A DNA stretch of 63,895 nucleotides, filler included, from Mitosporidium daphniae (taxonomy: Eukaryota), in the NCBI RefSeq assembly GCF_000760515.2. It is 4 parts of 4 records of this genome, joined end to end, with 100 filler letters (N's around TTAATTAATTAA, not from the genome) between each part and the next. Parts side by side here need not be neighbours in the genome. Positions count along the whole stretch, not along the records: positions 33,872 to 50,667 come from NW_013546727.1; positions 50,768 to 63,895 come from NW_013546703.1; 2 more parts are not named here. The stretch is one strand, 5' to 3'. Made by a program: the position numbers and the translations under genes. Shown here piece by piece: positions 50,207 to 61,143 of this stretch (position 1 is its first letter; every line of letters starts with the position of its first letter). Under the pieces are notes generated by a model. That model saw only the letters and a list, made by a program, of their open reading frames with translations, did not search any database and was not told the origin of the DNA.

Positions 50207-50303
50207 CATCGTGGAACCACTTATCGGATCATCGTGGAACCACTTATCGGATCATCGTGGCACCACTTATCGGATCATCGTGGCACCACTTATCGAATCA
50301 TCG
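50207..50303. repeat. 23-nt tandem repeat, about 4.2 copies
   Basis: catcgtgg(a/c)accacttatcggat at 50207, 50230, 50253 and 50276; no unique spacers. Confidence 0.95.
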
Positions 50304-50332
50304 GGCCCTTCGTGGTATGTATAATTTATTTT

Positions 50333-50667
50333 TCAGCTGAATGTTGCGGGCTTAACATAAAGATGCAGGATGTTAGCCTCCGTTGCAGCATGGCAATATT
50401 TCGCTATCTGTGCGTCTAGGTCTTTAGTATCTTTACATATCGATCTATAAGGTAAATAATGACGCCAAAGTTACTTGAGAAATGGAATGATGTCAGAATA
50501 TTTCCACGGGTTCATTATTGTAAATAAAATCTGGCAGCGCTCTTTAAATGCCGATGGAAGAGAATACTCGGGAAAATATTTCAAATACACCTGATCATTG
50601 CCGGTATTGTGATTTTTGTGCACCTCCCTTAAACATAATCCCTTATGGTGTGACAAAAATCCGGTAC
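50333..50667 (-). CDS. DCC1: Dcc1 (Ctf18-RFC subunit), 3' fragment
   Basis: YFPEYSLPSAFKERCQILF..WKYSDIIPFL|KSIC..LDAQIAKYC resembles the Dcc1 C-terminal pattern LP....RF..LF....W....I.P.I..LLKY. Confidence 0.6.
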
Positions 50668-50767
50668 NNNNNNNNNNNNNNNNNNNNNNNNNNNNNNNNN
50701 NNNNNNNNNNNTTAATTAATTAANNNNNNNNNNNNNNNNNNNNNNNNNNNNNNNNNNNNNNNNNNNN
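50668..50767. other. Assembly gap with artificial linker
   Basis: N run with TTAATTAATTAA. Confidence 0.97.
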
Positions 50768-52608
50768 AATATCATCTACCACTGAAAAAGGTACAATTAG
50801 CTAGAATATTCTGTGATTTAAGCTGTAAAAGGGGCCATCACCGTTAAGAGTCAGGTAATCACAGCGTGAATCTAGTCTAGTCTGGCACATGTAATGTTTA
50901 ACTAGCCCTAAATAAATTACCCAATCAGCAGCATGTAATTACTTTGCGATGTCTACTTTGGTTAAATAATCAGACCAGATCAGGTCAGATTTTACCCATA
51001 ATGGATGCTCTTCTGGGTGCTTGTAGATGTCTCTTAAAGCGTATTAAGTGGCAGAGGTTAACTCCCTTTCAAACTCTTGCAGAAATGTTAATATTTTGGT
51101 AGATTTTTTGATGCCAGGGCTATAGGGATGTTTTTATGTTGGGATGGGGTGTTTTTTTAATTTAGGGCTAGACATGACCTATACTGTATGTGCAAAGGAT
51201 CCCAAAATGCCCTTGGCTTTCGATATGGATATGTTCAATTTGCATTCGCTATCTGATGGTGAAAAACCTTGCAAGTGGATCAAAATTTAGAATAGCTAAA
51301 AGGCCTGCGAGGTTCAGAAAGTCAGACTCGTCCTTTCTCCACAAAGCAATTTTTGTGTTTGAACCTTTTCTCTTTCGGGTCGTGACCTCTCTCTTCTATT
51401 TCACTATCACAGCGTATTTATCAAGTTGCCATTAAGAACTTTCTGTTCCTATTTGCCCATCATTCCTAGGCTTGGATTTACCTTACTTTCACACTCTCAT
51501 TTTCAGCCATCTACTGCTTGTGGATCCTGAATAAAAGAAAGGCTCGGGTCAATCAAAGGCCATTTTTTGCATGGTGATGCTCCGGAAATGATAAAGGATA
51601 TTGGAAAAAATACGACTAAAAGCGGGCTTTCATCTAAGGGTCATGGCAATTTAGCTTCTTTTTGTGACGCTGGTCAGATTTGGAATGGTTTAGCTGCAAT
51701 CCCCTTTCTTTTCCTGGCAATGGTATGATGAATGCAAATTAAATATTGATTTCGTTAAACGATTTAGACGCTTACAAATTTCCAATAAACCCCCTTTTTC
51801 AGGCAAAAACCCCACAACAGCAATCAGTATTGAACGAATAAAGACATATTTTGGTAACCCTAACCCTGAATTTAGACTTTCGGGTTTGAGGGAGATCGAA
51901 AATTCCGACCACATCGGCCATATTATAGTTCAGTTGAGTCATTTACAAGTTTATTTTGACCACACGCCGGTTTATTTGTAAAAATAGCAAGAATTTTATT
52001 TATCACTTAATCAGCAGAAAAGAAATTTTATATTTGCCCTCTTAAGATTGGTGATGGTTCTCATATATACTTTCAAAGGCTCGCTATTGGTGTTTTCAAA
52101 TGGTCTCTAATTTATAAAACGAAAAAAGCTTCGGCATTGACGGCGTACAATTCTCCACGAAACTTGAGGGAATCAAGGGATTCTCCACACAATCCAAAAG
52201 CCTCAGGTACAGCTGGATGTCCGCTTAGACACCTATCATGATATTTGGCGTTTGGTTCTAATTTATTGACAACAAAGGATCCTTATTGCGAGTAATTTTA
52301 AGAACAATCAAGTGGTACTCCAATGTCTTCTCATGCAGTTGAATGATCGAGCACCGAGACATTTTAAAGATGGATTACGTCGATGCAAACCGGCCATTTA
52401 TCAACGCAACAAAATCAAATAGAAATATCAATTCAAATTCAGAGGTTTGCTTACTGATATCAAATTTTAACAACAAAGGAGTTTCCAAAAGACGATGCAT
52501 ATCATAGTCAGCGTCATGGCGAATGAAGTTTAAAATAACATCAAAGTCTCTGTTGGCATTCCTTTCTACATCTTCAAGACACGACCCATATCAAGTATTT
52601 AAGCTTGT

Positions 52609-52676
52609 TTTGCGTGTACTCGACTGCTCGCTTTGCGTGTACTCGACTGCTCGCTTTGCATGTACTAGACTGCTCG
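52609..52676. repeat. 23-nt tandem repeat, 3 copies
   Basis: tttgcgtgtactcgactgctcgc twice, plus one diverged copy. Confidence 0.9.
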
Positions 52677-52817
52677 TTTTCAAAAGTTCTTAGCAACCCA
52701 CGAGGATAATAGCTGATCATCAAATGTGGCCAGCAATTAGCAAAGGTTTGAATGTGTGGATAATACATTTCAATTTGAGTAAATTTGGCACATTAAACTT
52801 TAATGGACATCTGATGG

Positions 52818-53323
52818 GTGGTAACCCAACCGGCCTTGGAGACAACCTTTTTTCTCTTTTCAAACGGGAATATACGATTGATGACTCAATTGTCTTGCAA
52901 GAAAGAAACCAAGTATACCATTTCAGATGAATATGCAAATGGATTTTGCCAACAAGCTGAGGAGAAAGAGCCTCTTCTAGCTTTTGCCATCCAATCTGTA
53001 GATCTAGAAGGCCAACTGATTGAGCGGGATCTTGCAATTAGGAATGTCCAGGCATCTTTGTTCCAAGTGGGGGATATTTATAGGGATCTTGGAGCACTAG
53101 TTGGTTCTCAACAAACCTGCATCGGTAATATGTGAATTTTCATACCATAGATAACATCGAGTCAAACGTAGAAGCAGCCACTGAGTTTACAACGCTTGCC
53201 AGAAAGCACCTAAACGGAGCTTCAGCTAGACCAAGAAGGTCTGCCGCTAGCTGCTGTGGAATGGTCCCTGTTCTGATTCTTGTTATTATTGTCTTGCTGA
53301 TAATTATAATCCTTTTGGCGTAA
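52818..53323 (+). CDS. Qa-SNARE (syntaxin 7/Pep12-like) SNARE motif and TM anchor; 5' end uncertain
   Basis: IERDLAIRNVQ..VGDIYRDLGALVGSQQTCI|DNIESNVE (intron 53125-53150); C-terminal TM helix. Confidence 0.8.
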
Positions 53324-53365
53324 AAATATCTTTATTCAACTCAAAATCACCAGTCCAGTCTCTTT

Positions 53366-56300
53366 CTATTGAAGGTAAAATGTTAGCGTTGAAAGTAAAT
53401 GGTCGTGTATATTGCTTGATTTAAAATCGCATTCCAGTTGCAGCGTTTGGATTGGTTTACAGCAAGAGAGGCATATGAATTCAAAAGTAATCTGCAGCTC
53501 ATTTTCAAGCCCGTTGGTTTGTATCAATGTGGTCTTTCTTGAGGTAAGGCCTGATATAATAAATTCATCGGGATTTTTTGCAAGGAGCGATACTTGCAAC
53601 ATGTAATCCTGTAGCTTGCTATCAACTTGTACCGCTATCTTTAATTGGGTAATTTCCTCAACAACGACGTATACAGGCCTTATCGTATCAACAAGTATGA
53701 CATTATTGCAGTAAAATAAAATCTTTCCGTTGGCCATCGTTTGCAAAAGATTTTTTGGCATCTATGAGATTATTAAAACTGGCCATACGAATAAAGAAAA
53801 TCGGTTTGAGCCGATATTAAGCACAAGGTGTGAAGCTATGTATTCCGTCAAGAATTGTTCAATCGAAACAAATGGAATGATCAAATATATAAAAGAACGT
53901 GCATTAGAATGTGGTTTCGATTGCCATGTTTTCTGCAGCAGTATAGAATTAAAAGAGAACGAATGATCGTCCGTGTTAAGCCAAAGCTTTGTATCAAATT
54001 CAATGGAAACCAAAAAATGAGTTTCCCTATTTACATAACAAGGCGGAGAGTATATCGTCACAAAGTGTTGGGAAGCCGATACCTCGCATAAGTATAGGTC
54101 CAAAGCGGTAATCTCTTTGATAATGAATCTTCCGTCAACTATGAAATCACAAACCAATTCGGCCTTTTCATCGGTCGCTTCACAAGAGATTAACAGCGAT
54201 ATTCTATATCTACAAATAAAGTGGCTCATAAATGTGGAAATACTTGTAATCTGCCAAAAATAGCCTATTATCGTCCAATAATTTCGATGGCGACAACGTT
54301 AATAGCGAAATGATATCAGAAGACGAAATTTCATTTTTATCTAAAACAAGAGCCTCCCTTTCGGAAGTACAAGAACCATCTGGAGATACAATGCAAAGAT
54401 AAGCGAATAGCTTAAAAAGACAAAGCTGCAGCCTTTTGATTATTGAGATTCGCAACAAGATAGCTAAGGAACTGGCGTCATCGTGGGAAATGAGAGGTGG
54501 CTCGATGGCACTTGTATTTGAGCTTCTCGCCTGCGAAAAATGGGAAGCAAATTTGTCGTTCAAATACAACGAGGCCTCCGCGTTAAACGAAGAAATAGTC
54601 AGTTTTTGACTTATCGCTTCAATTAACTCAATGTGCTCCCCTTTGGTGGTTGTCAAGCTAAGGAGGATAAACCCAATTTTGTTACCCGGAAAAGGGACTG
54701 CAATACCACTTGAAGGTAAATCCGAACAAATCGAGTTTGATTCCGTGTATAAATAGCGGATTGTTTTGAGACAAAATAGAAGCCTTTATCCGTAAAAGAT
54801 AATTTTTCGTTTCCTTTGGAATTGGCGGCACAGGTTCGGAATGTTCATATGACAAAATGTCACCGGTAGTACTAAGCAAATAAATCAAAGCTAACACTAC
54901 ATTGGAAAGATATTTTCCACCAAAATGTCAATAGAAAGGGGATTATCGACGTTAACATTGATATAAAACCACTCGTCGCCAGATGAAAGTTTGTTCTAAA
55001 AAGTAAGATGCAAAGCTAACAATAAGCATCAGATATCTCCTGTTAATGTCAAATGGGTTGTATAGGAAAACATCGTCCGATCTTTCGATGTTGGAGGCAT
55101 AAAACTCCTCATCAAAGGACTACGAATTATAAAACAGGGTTACCAAAGAATTAACTCTGATCACACATAGCTTTTCAGAAACCTCAGGGCTTACAGAAAT
55201 ACACGGACATGATGGCAGCTTCAAGATGGATATTATTTTTTCCTGCTCTGGCCCGCTTAGCAAGTTGCACCATCTTTTTAGAAAAAGACATAATTCTTGT
55301 CGATCGATCTTTGTGAGATCCTGTGACAAGAATATTTTGACGTACGAATTGTTTAAACATTCCCAGCCCGCTTCTGCCAATTAATAAAACCACGCCGTAC
55401 TTTGATTTGACTTTAAATCGTCCAAAGGAGGATGTGACAAAAGCTTGAGGCTACAAATCGACGCCAATCTTTTGCACTCGTATGACCGAGCCAAATCAAG
55501 AAGAAAACTGGCCAATTCCTATCGAATAGAACACTGCTTTTTTACCTTATGAGATTTGGTATTGGACTCAAAATCTTGTGATTTGCAATTGCCAATCTCT
55601 GTTTGGGTCCTTTGAGGAACCGCTGAATGATTGAAATCCAAAATCGTAAGCTCTTTGGTTGGACAACAAAGCAGAAAAACAGCTCCTTCCAAGTGATTCA
55701 TAAAATAGTCCTGGTAGTTCATAAACGAGGAAATAAACTCAATTTTCATTGTAAGCGCCATCCAATGTTCAATTGCTTTCAGATTTATGTACTTTTTAGC
55801 AATTTCTTGAAAAGAAGCCATGCTCGACTTTAGTAGCGATTCCTTTTCATAGTAGGCGTTAACATCCTCAAAAAACAGCTATACGTCAATGAGACAATAT
55901 CCTACATGTGCATAAATATTAGCCAACAAAATACTCTCTTCAGAAATCACTTTAAGAAGAGCATCTTCTGACGTCGGATACTTTATAAGATCTATTTTTC
56001 CAATGGCCTTTTCGTAATTTTCTAATGAAGAAGAGGGCGAACCAACCAAAAAAAACAGCGAGGCAATTTTGTAATAAATTGTTGCCAATTGGATATTATC
56101 GTTTCTTTGAGCCAAAGAGGGAACAAACCCCAAATTGAAAGTAGAGAGTTCAGAAGAGGCTATGGGCTTTGTTTCAACCTTCTTTTTTAGCTGATGGAGC
56201 TCATTTATGAGCTTATAACAATAATAGAGGGTCTCCGAACCCAGCACCGATAAAATCTCAAAAGACGCGTCAAAAATAACGAACGGAATTCCTTCGTAAA

Positions 56301-56844
56301 GTTCGAGGTGTTGAATAAATTCCGCAGTGTGTCGAAGTTCCTCTGGGCAAAACAAGATGCACTTTTTGACCGGAATAAAGGAGATCTTCAATTCAGCAAT
56401 GGGAGGGGTTACCTTTTCGACAATTTCCAAGTATTTACTTGCAATCAAATCAATAGAGGATTCATGGAGGCAGTGGAAAACCACCACAATCTTAATGTAA
56501 AATAAAATAAGATCAATACACCAAACGCATGGTTGTGGAGTCTGCAACTTGTGTTTTGGGGGAGCGCCGAAAGATCACTGATGCTTAAAAGATCAAATAA
56601 AAGAGCAGTATCTTTTTTCAGCGATGGTTCTGGGTTTAATAAAGAAGAATTTACTGTATACAAAAGCATCGGATTCCGATTCTAAATGCTGCAATGCCGA
56701 AAATGGCACAACATAGGGCGATTTAAATTTCAGTTCAAGTAGTTCGTCGCTTTCTTTATCAGGATAATAAAAAAATACTTTGAGCCTAGCTGAAGTCGAC
56801 AGAGGCGAAGAAATAAACCGATGGGACAAGTCTTCAAACTCCAT
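53366..56844 (-). CDS. TRAPPII subunit Trs120/TRAPPC9-like (multi-intron, divergent)
   Basis: About 1000-aa spliced gene; N-terminal SARLKVFF, TPR-like YYKIASLFFLVGSPSSSLENYEKAI, beta-rich C-terminal domains. Confidence 0.5.
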
Positions 56845-56902
56845 ACACAGGAATTTCCCAAATTAGTCAAAAAGCTAACCCTAAAGAAACTTTTATTTGC
56901 CA

Positions 56903-58563
56903 ATGCAATCCTTCTACGATGAATTCCAGGCATTGTTAATCGAGTTTTCGAATGCACTAAGATGTTCAATATGGTTGGTTTTCTCTTTAAATTTTAGTAA
57001 CCAGCTATATACTCGCCCAACTACGGTGACCGAATGTGGCCATAGATTTTGTGGCGATTGCATCAAGGAGAATTTAGGGGTCAATTGCTTGTGCCCTTAT
57101 TGTGGCCAACCTGCTCGCGGTAAAAACCTACGAATTTCTCCCCTTCATTCGAATCTAGTTAATTGGACTAGAGCCATGTTAACTAGCTTGGAAAAATTTG
57201 CATCTTCCAACGACATTTCTTTTCCAAGGCCTGCGCCTGAAACTCCCGTACTGAGCTACTCTCAAGCGGCTAGTATTGATGGCGTAAATGATTCTTTTGA
57301 TTCAAACACAAGCTTTGAGACGGAAAAGGCTCCGTTTGACTCTGATTCAAAGTCGCCAATTAAAAGCCGCAGTTTTAAAAGGGTCAGTTTTCCAAATACC
57401 TCCAACATAAAATCCCATCGAGGCGGTTCTGTGATTTCTCCAAAAGCATCTGACAAGATAAAAGCTGCCAACTTATCAGCGGGAAGTAAATCGGAAACTT
57501 TTTCGTTGATGGATCTTATCTCTAGTGGGACTGTTCCCATTGGGTCGGTAGCATATTGCTTTGATTGCACGGCAAAGATAACGTCAAGTGGAAGTCTCAT
57601 TGACGAAATTGATTTACAAGAGTACTTTGATCCCTCAGATTGGGCAACATACGTTGTTCGGTGTGTAGAAAACCGACGCTTGTCGCGTCAAGATGGCCTA
57701 AAGGCCATTAAAGTGGGCGGAAAGACATTGGAGGAGTTGTATTCTTCGGTTTTTGTACAGCAAAGCACAACTAGAAACGATCCTGTTCTCAAACAAGATA
57801 CGAATGTTTTTAGCTTGGCAGAACAAAGTCCACAAAGGATTGTCAAGCTTTCCACGTCAAGCCTATCTCGTGATCAGTCAAAATTTTTGGAATTACATTC
57901 AAGAAATCACCTTCAATATTCGCTCAATTTATCACCAGATCCTGATATCTCGGGAAGTACATATCTCGTGGTTGATACGGACTCGAATCAACGATGCCGT
58001 CGGACTCTAAAATATCTATTTGCTTGCATGCTAAAGATTCCCGTGGTATCCTTTCAATGTATGATTGCCTCAATTAATCACTAGGGATCTTGACTTCAGT
58101 TAATGAAAGGCGGTGGAAAGATATAACCAATTATCGTGTCACACAAGACTTTCAAGGCCGTACGTTCAATGTAAATTGCCGTGACATGCTTTTTTCTGGT
58201 TTAACGGTCGCCTTTGGTGATAATACCTCAAAGCCAGAATGCAGTCTCATTTCTAATGAGATAACGACAAAGTTTGTAAAGTACGGGGGTGGAAAGATTT
58301 TCAGCGAAGAACCGCGAAAGTTCATCTCGCTGGGTCGTATCGATCCATCTTTTTTGTTTGATGCAATCGTTCCGGATGCGTTACTATTGGTGATTGATAC
58401 CAGCCCAAAGTTTACTTTCTCAAGCATTAAAGTTCCAAAAGTCGATTTTCAAGCGTCTAAATTCAAGGGATACACGATTAGATCTTCGGCCTGGTTTCTT
58501 GACTGCATCTCTCAAAATACATTGGCACACGTTGACCCTTTCAGCTTAACGAAAAATTCATAA
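56903..58563 (+). CDS. BRCA1/BARD1-like protein: RING, RAMA-like domain, tandem BRCT
   Basis: Removing intron 56974-56997 restores CSICNQL..CGHRFCGDC..CPYC. BRCT1 YLVVD..CRRTLKYL..VVSFQW (intron 58059-58084); BRCT2 LFSGL..GGGKI..AWFLDCIS. Confidence 0.8.
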
Positions 58564-58613
58564 TCATTGGGAAGTGAAAATTTTATTGGAGCCCATTTTG
58601 ATCGGGGATACTT

Positions 58614-58823
58614 TCAAGATGATGCTGATGACAATGGCATGCCGAAACCGTACAGGTAAAACAAGACGGCTACTATTGATACAAATATTGCCACAACTAG
58701 GGGAATCACATATTTTTTGCTGGCCTCCCAGGCCTCTTGATTACTTTTCAATCTCCTCCGCCTTTCTTCTCTTGATTCTGATGGCTCGTTTTTCTGTGTA
58801 GCATTTATACGCTTTCTTGACAT
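58614..58823 (-). CDS. SMCO4-like small coiled-coil single-pass membrane protein
   Basis: Basic helix ESREERRRR..QEA..YVIP plus one TM helix; same size and layout as SMCO4/DUF4519. Confidence 0.6.
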   Translation of the reverse strand: MSRKRINATQKNEPSESREERRRRLKSNQEAWEASKKYVIPLVVAIFVSIVAVLFYLYGFGMPLSSASS

Positions 58824-58983
58824 AAATGAATTAAATAAAACGGGGTATTGTTTACTTTTTAGTGTTTAAATGGTTGATTAAAATCAAATTTAGGAACGGG
58901 TGTGTACACGGCCGTGCTAATTTAAGTATATAAGCAATCTTTTTTCAGAGTCCGTTATCATAGCATAGACTATGAATCCTTAC

Positions 58984-59055
58984 AATGAAAGTGATGATAA
59001 AACAGACCTGTACTGAATCCACCAAATATTGATGTATAGAGCTATCTGATTCATT
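58984..59055 (+). ncRNA. Box C/D snoRNA, snR56/SNORD25-like
   Basis: Terminal stem AATGAA/TTCATT; C box GTGATGA 58991; D' CTGA 59013; D CTGA 59046. Guide ACAGACCTGT is complementary to the conserved 18S sequence ACAGGUCUGU. Confidence 0.85.
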
Positions 59056-59247
59056 AGAACAGCCAATACTGTAAATTAGATAAAACTATACATTAACAAA
59101 GTACTTAAAATGGCGTAAAGCGTCCACCCTTAATGGCGTAAAGTAGGTCGCACCCGTGTAGAGAAAATCAGCGCCGTCACATAGGACGGCGTAACACATT
59201 TCAATACAGACTTTGAGCGCTAGCACATAAGAGTATATATTTATTGC

Positions 59248-59644
59248 TTAAGAGGAGATATTGCGCTTTAAATGCTTCTCAATTTTGGATTTAATCCATT
59301 CCTTATCCTTGGGGCTGTACGAGCTGGACGGACCATTATAGCTAGGAGAAATGTACAAAAGATTGGCTTACACTAAAGCACACATATCCGGTAGCACATC
59401 AATGTAGTTTTTCAGATCGTCAAGATTGTAGGTGATGTTCAATACGCTTGGATTCAATTCCTTCAGTCTTCTCTCATACATTCGAATGATTTCTACAGCT
59501 AAGCTACACATCCTACCTTCTATTGCATCTGGGATGCTTTCAAAATCAGAATATGACCTCGATGACTTGTCTTTGGACTTTTGGAATAAAATTATGGTAT
59601 GCTGATTCTATAAATTATGGGTAGCAATAGAGCATGTGTACCAT
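59248..59644 (-). CDS. ERH: Enhancer of rudimentary homolog (3 introns; absent from ORF track)
   Basis: Spliced: MNQHTIILFQKSKDKSSRSYSDFESIPDAIEEIIRMYERRLKELNPSVLNITYNLDDLKNYIDVLPDMCALVYNGPSSSYSPKDKEWIKSKIEKHLKRNISS*. Confidence 0.92.
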
Positions 59645-59689
59645 TGAATTAAAAAAGCCGAATTTAACCCTAAAATTTATTTTCACCAA

Positions 59690-60554
59690 TTATCGGGCGC
59701 CAATGGACGAATTAGATGCTTGTGGCCTTTCCAGTACAAACCTTGCCGGAACGATTCTCCATGGAATCTGACCGTCGATTTCGTCATTCTCAAATTGCAA
59801 TTGATATTCAAAAATTTTCTTCTTTTTGGACGGCACGGCGACCACAGTACCATTATAAAGACAGGTTGTATTTGGGAACAAGCCAATTACTTGATCTCCA
59901 ATCTGGAACATTTTCTTTTTCATTGCAGAATCATCGTCGTGGCATATCATCAGCAGTTGGAATGGTTTTGCCGGGTATTTTAACCGCTTCGAAAGATCGC
60001 CAGAATGGTCGTCATCCTCCGATACGTCTTCAATAATATATCTAAGGCTATATGCAAGGGACATACGTATTTGATGCTGGATCGTAGGACAATACGTTTG
60101 CAAGCATCCACTCTTTATCTGCAACTTCTGGCCTAGAAAATGCAACCTGTGCAAAGAAAGACGGAAAAAAGTTACCAATGACCTAATCTGAATAGCTGAT
60201 GTCGGTGCGGACTCATTAATTGCCACCGTCTGTTTGGCAATTGGTACGCCAAGCGGCGGAATACTTGACGGCTCGTTAAGATGGAGCGTGTTTGGAGGAG
60301 ATTTCGATATCGCACTAATGCAGTTTTGAATCAGCCTACAATTAAAAACATCAGCTACATTAGCTCTTTTTCGGCCAAAGCGATGCAGTTGGAAATGGCC
60401 TCCGGAGACGGCGAATTACCTCCTAAAAATAAAACAACACAGACATATTACTCATAGAATAAACGTAATCTGCATGTGAGCTTGTAAGTTCGTTATTGTG
60501 GAGGGCAAAGATATTCTTGAGGCTAGAATAAATTTGCTCTGCATCTTTGGACAT
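59690..60554 (-). CDS. SGF29: SAGA subunit Sgf29 (tandem Tudor; multi-intron)
   Basis: FQIGDQVIGLFPNTTCLYNGTV..YQLQFENDE..VPARFVL; upstream VAFSRP..EWMLA. Confidence 0.88.
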
Positions 60555-60565
60555 ATCTAAAAAAA

Positions 60566-60637
60566 TTCCGTATCGGGGAATCGAACCCCGGCCGTCACGG
60601 TGAGAGCGTGAAATCCTAGCCACTAGACCAATACGGA
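60566..60637 (-). tRNA. tRNA-Glu(CTC)
   Basis: Complete cloverleaf TCCGTAT..TCACG-CTCTCAC-CGTGA..GGTTCGATTCC..ATACGGA-A, followed by T7. Confidence 0.96.
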
Positions 60638-61143
60638 TTACGTGATCAGCTACATAGATTAAACTATAATAATTATTAAAAATTGAAAATGGGCACATGC
60701 AGCAATTCAAAAAGGTAGCCCCCAAGTGCTAAATTGTGAAGAAACGAGCGAGGTCAAGCCTTAGTACAACTTCACCTTCACTTTTGAGTTTATGTTTTAC
60801 AGTAACCCAAATCACAAATCCTTTAACATATGTTAAACTACAGATCCTGTATCCCATGCATAAATTACATAGTGTGACAATTGTTATGGTACTTGATATA
60901 TATATCAGCCTGATCGCTCTATTATGATGTGAATACGTTAAATATTATCGCCATTTCCAGTTCCATTCGACCCCCATCCGCTACGTATTTAACTAGTTTG
61001 AATTGTTGTTAAAAATCTAGGCCCGGTATCTGTCAGTTTAAGCTAAACTTTACTTCACTGTCACCTGCAGGCCATAAAAAATGTTGCAACGAGTGCCTCA
61101 AAATTTAAATTCTAATGTGCACAATTAGTAAATCTTTATTTTG

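Noticed and set aside
50207..50303. 23-nt repeat array as a CRISPR
   Set aside because: Head-to-tail copies with no unique spacers, no cas genes, eukaryotic context; a minisatellite. The same applies to 52609-52676.
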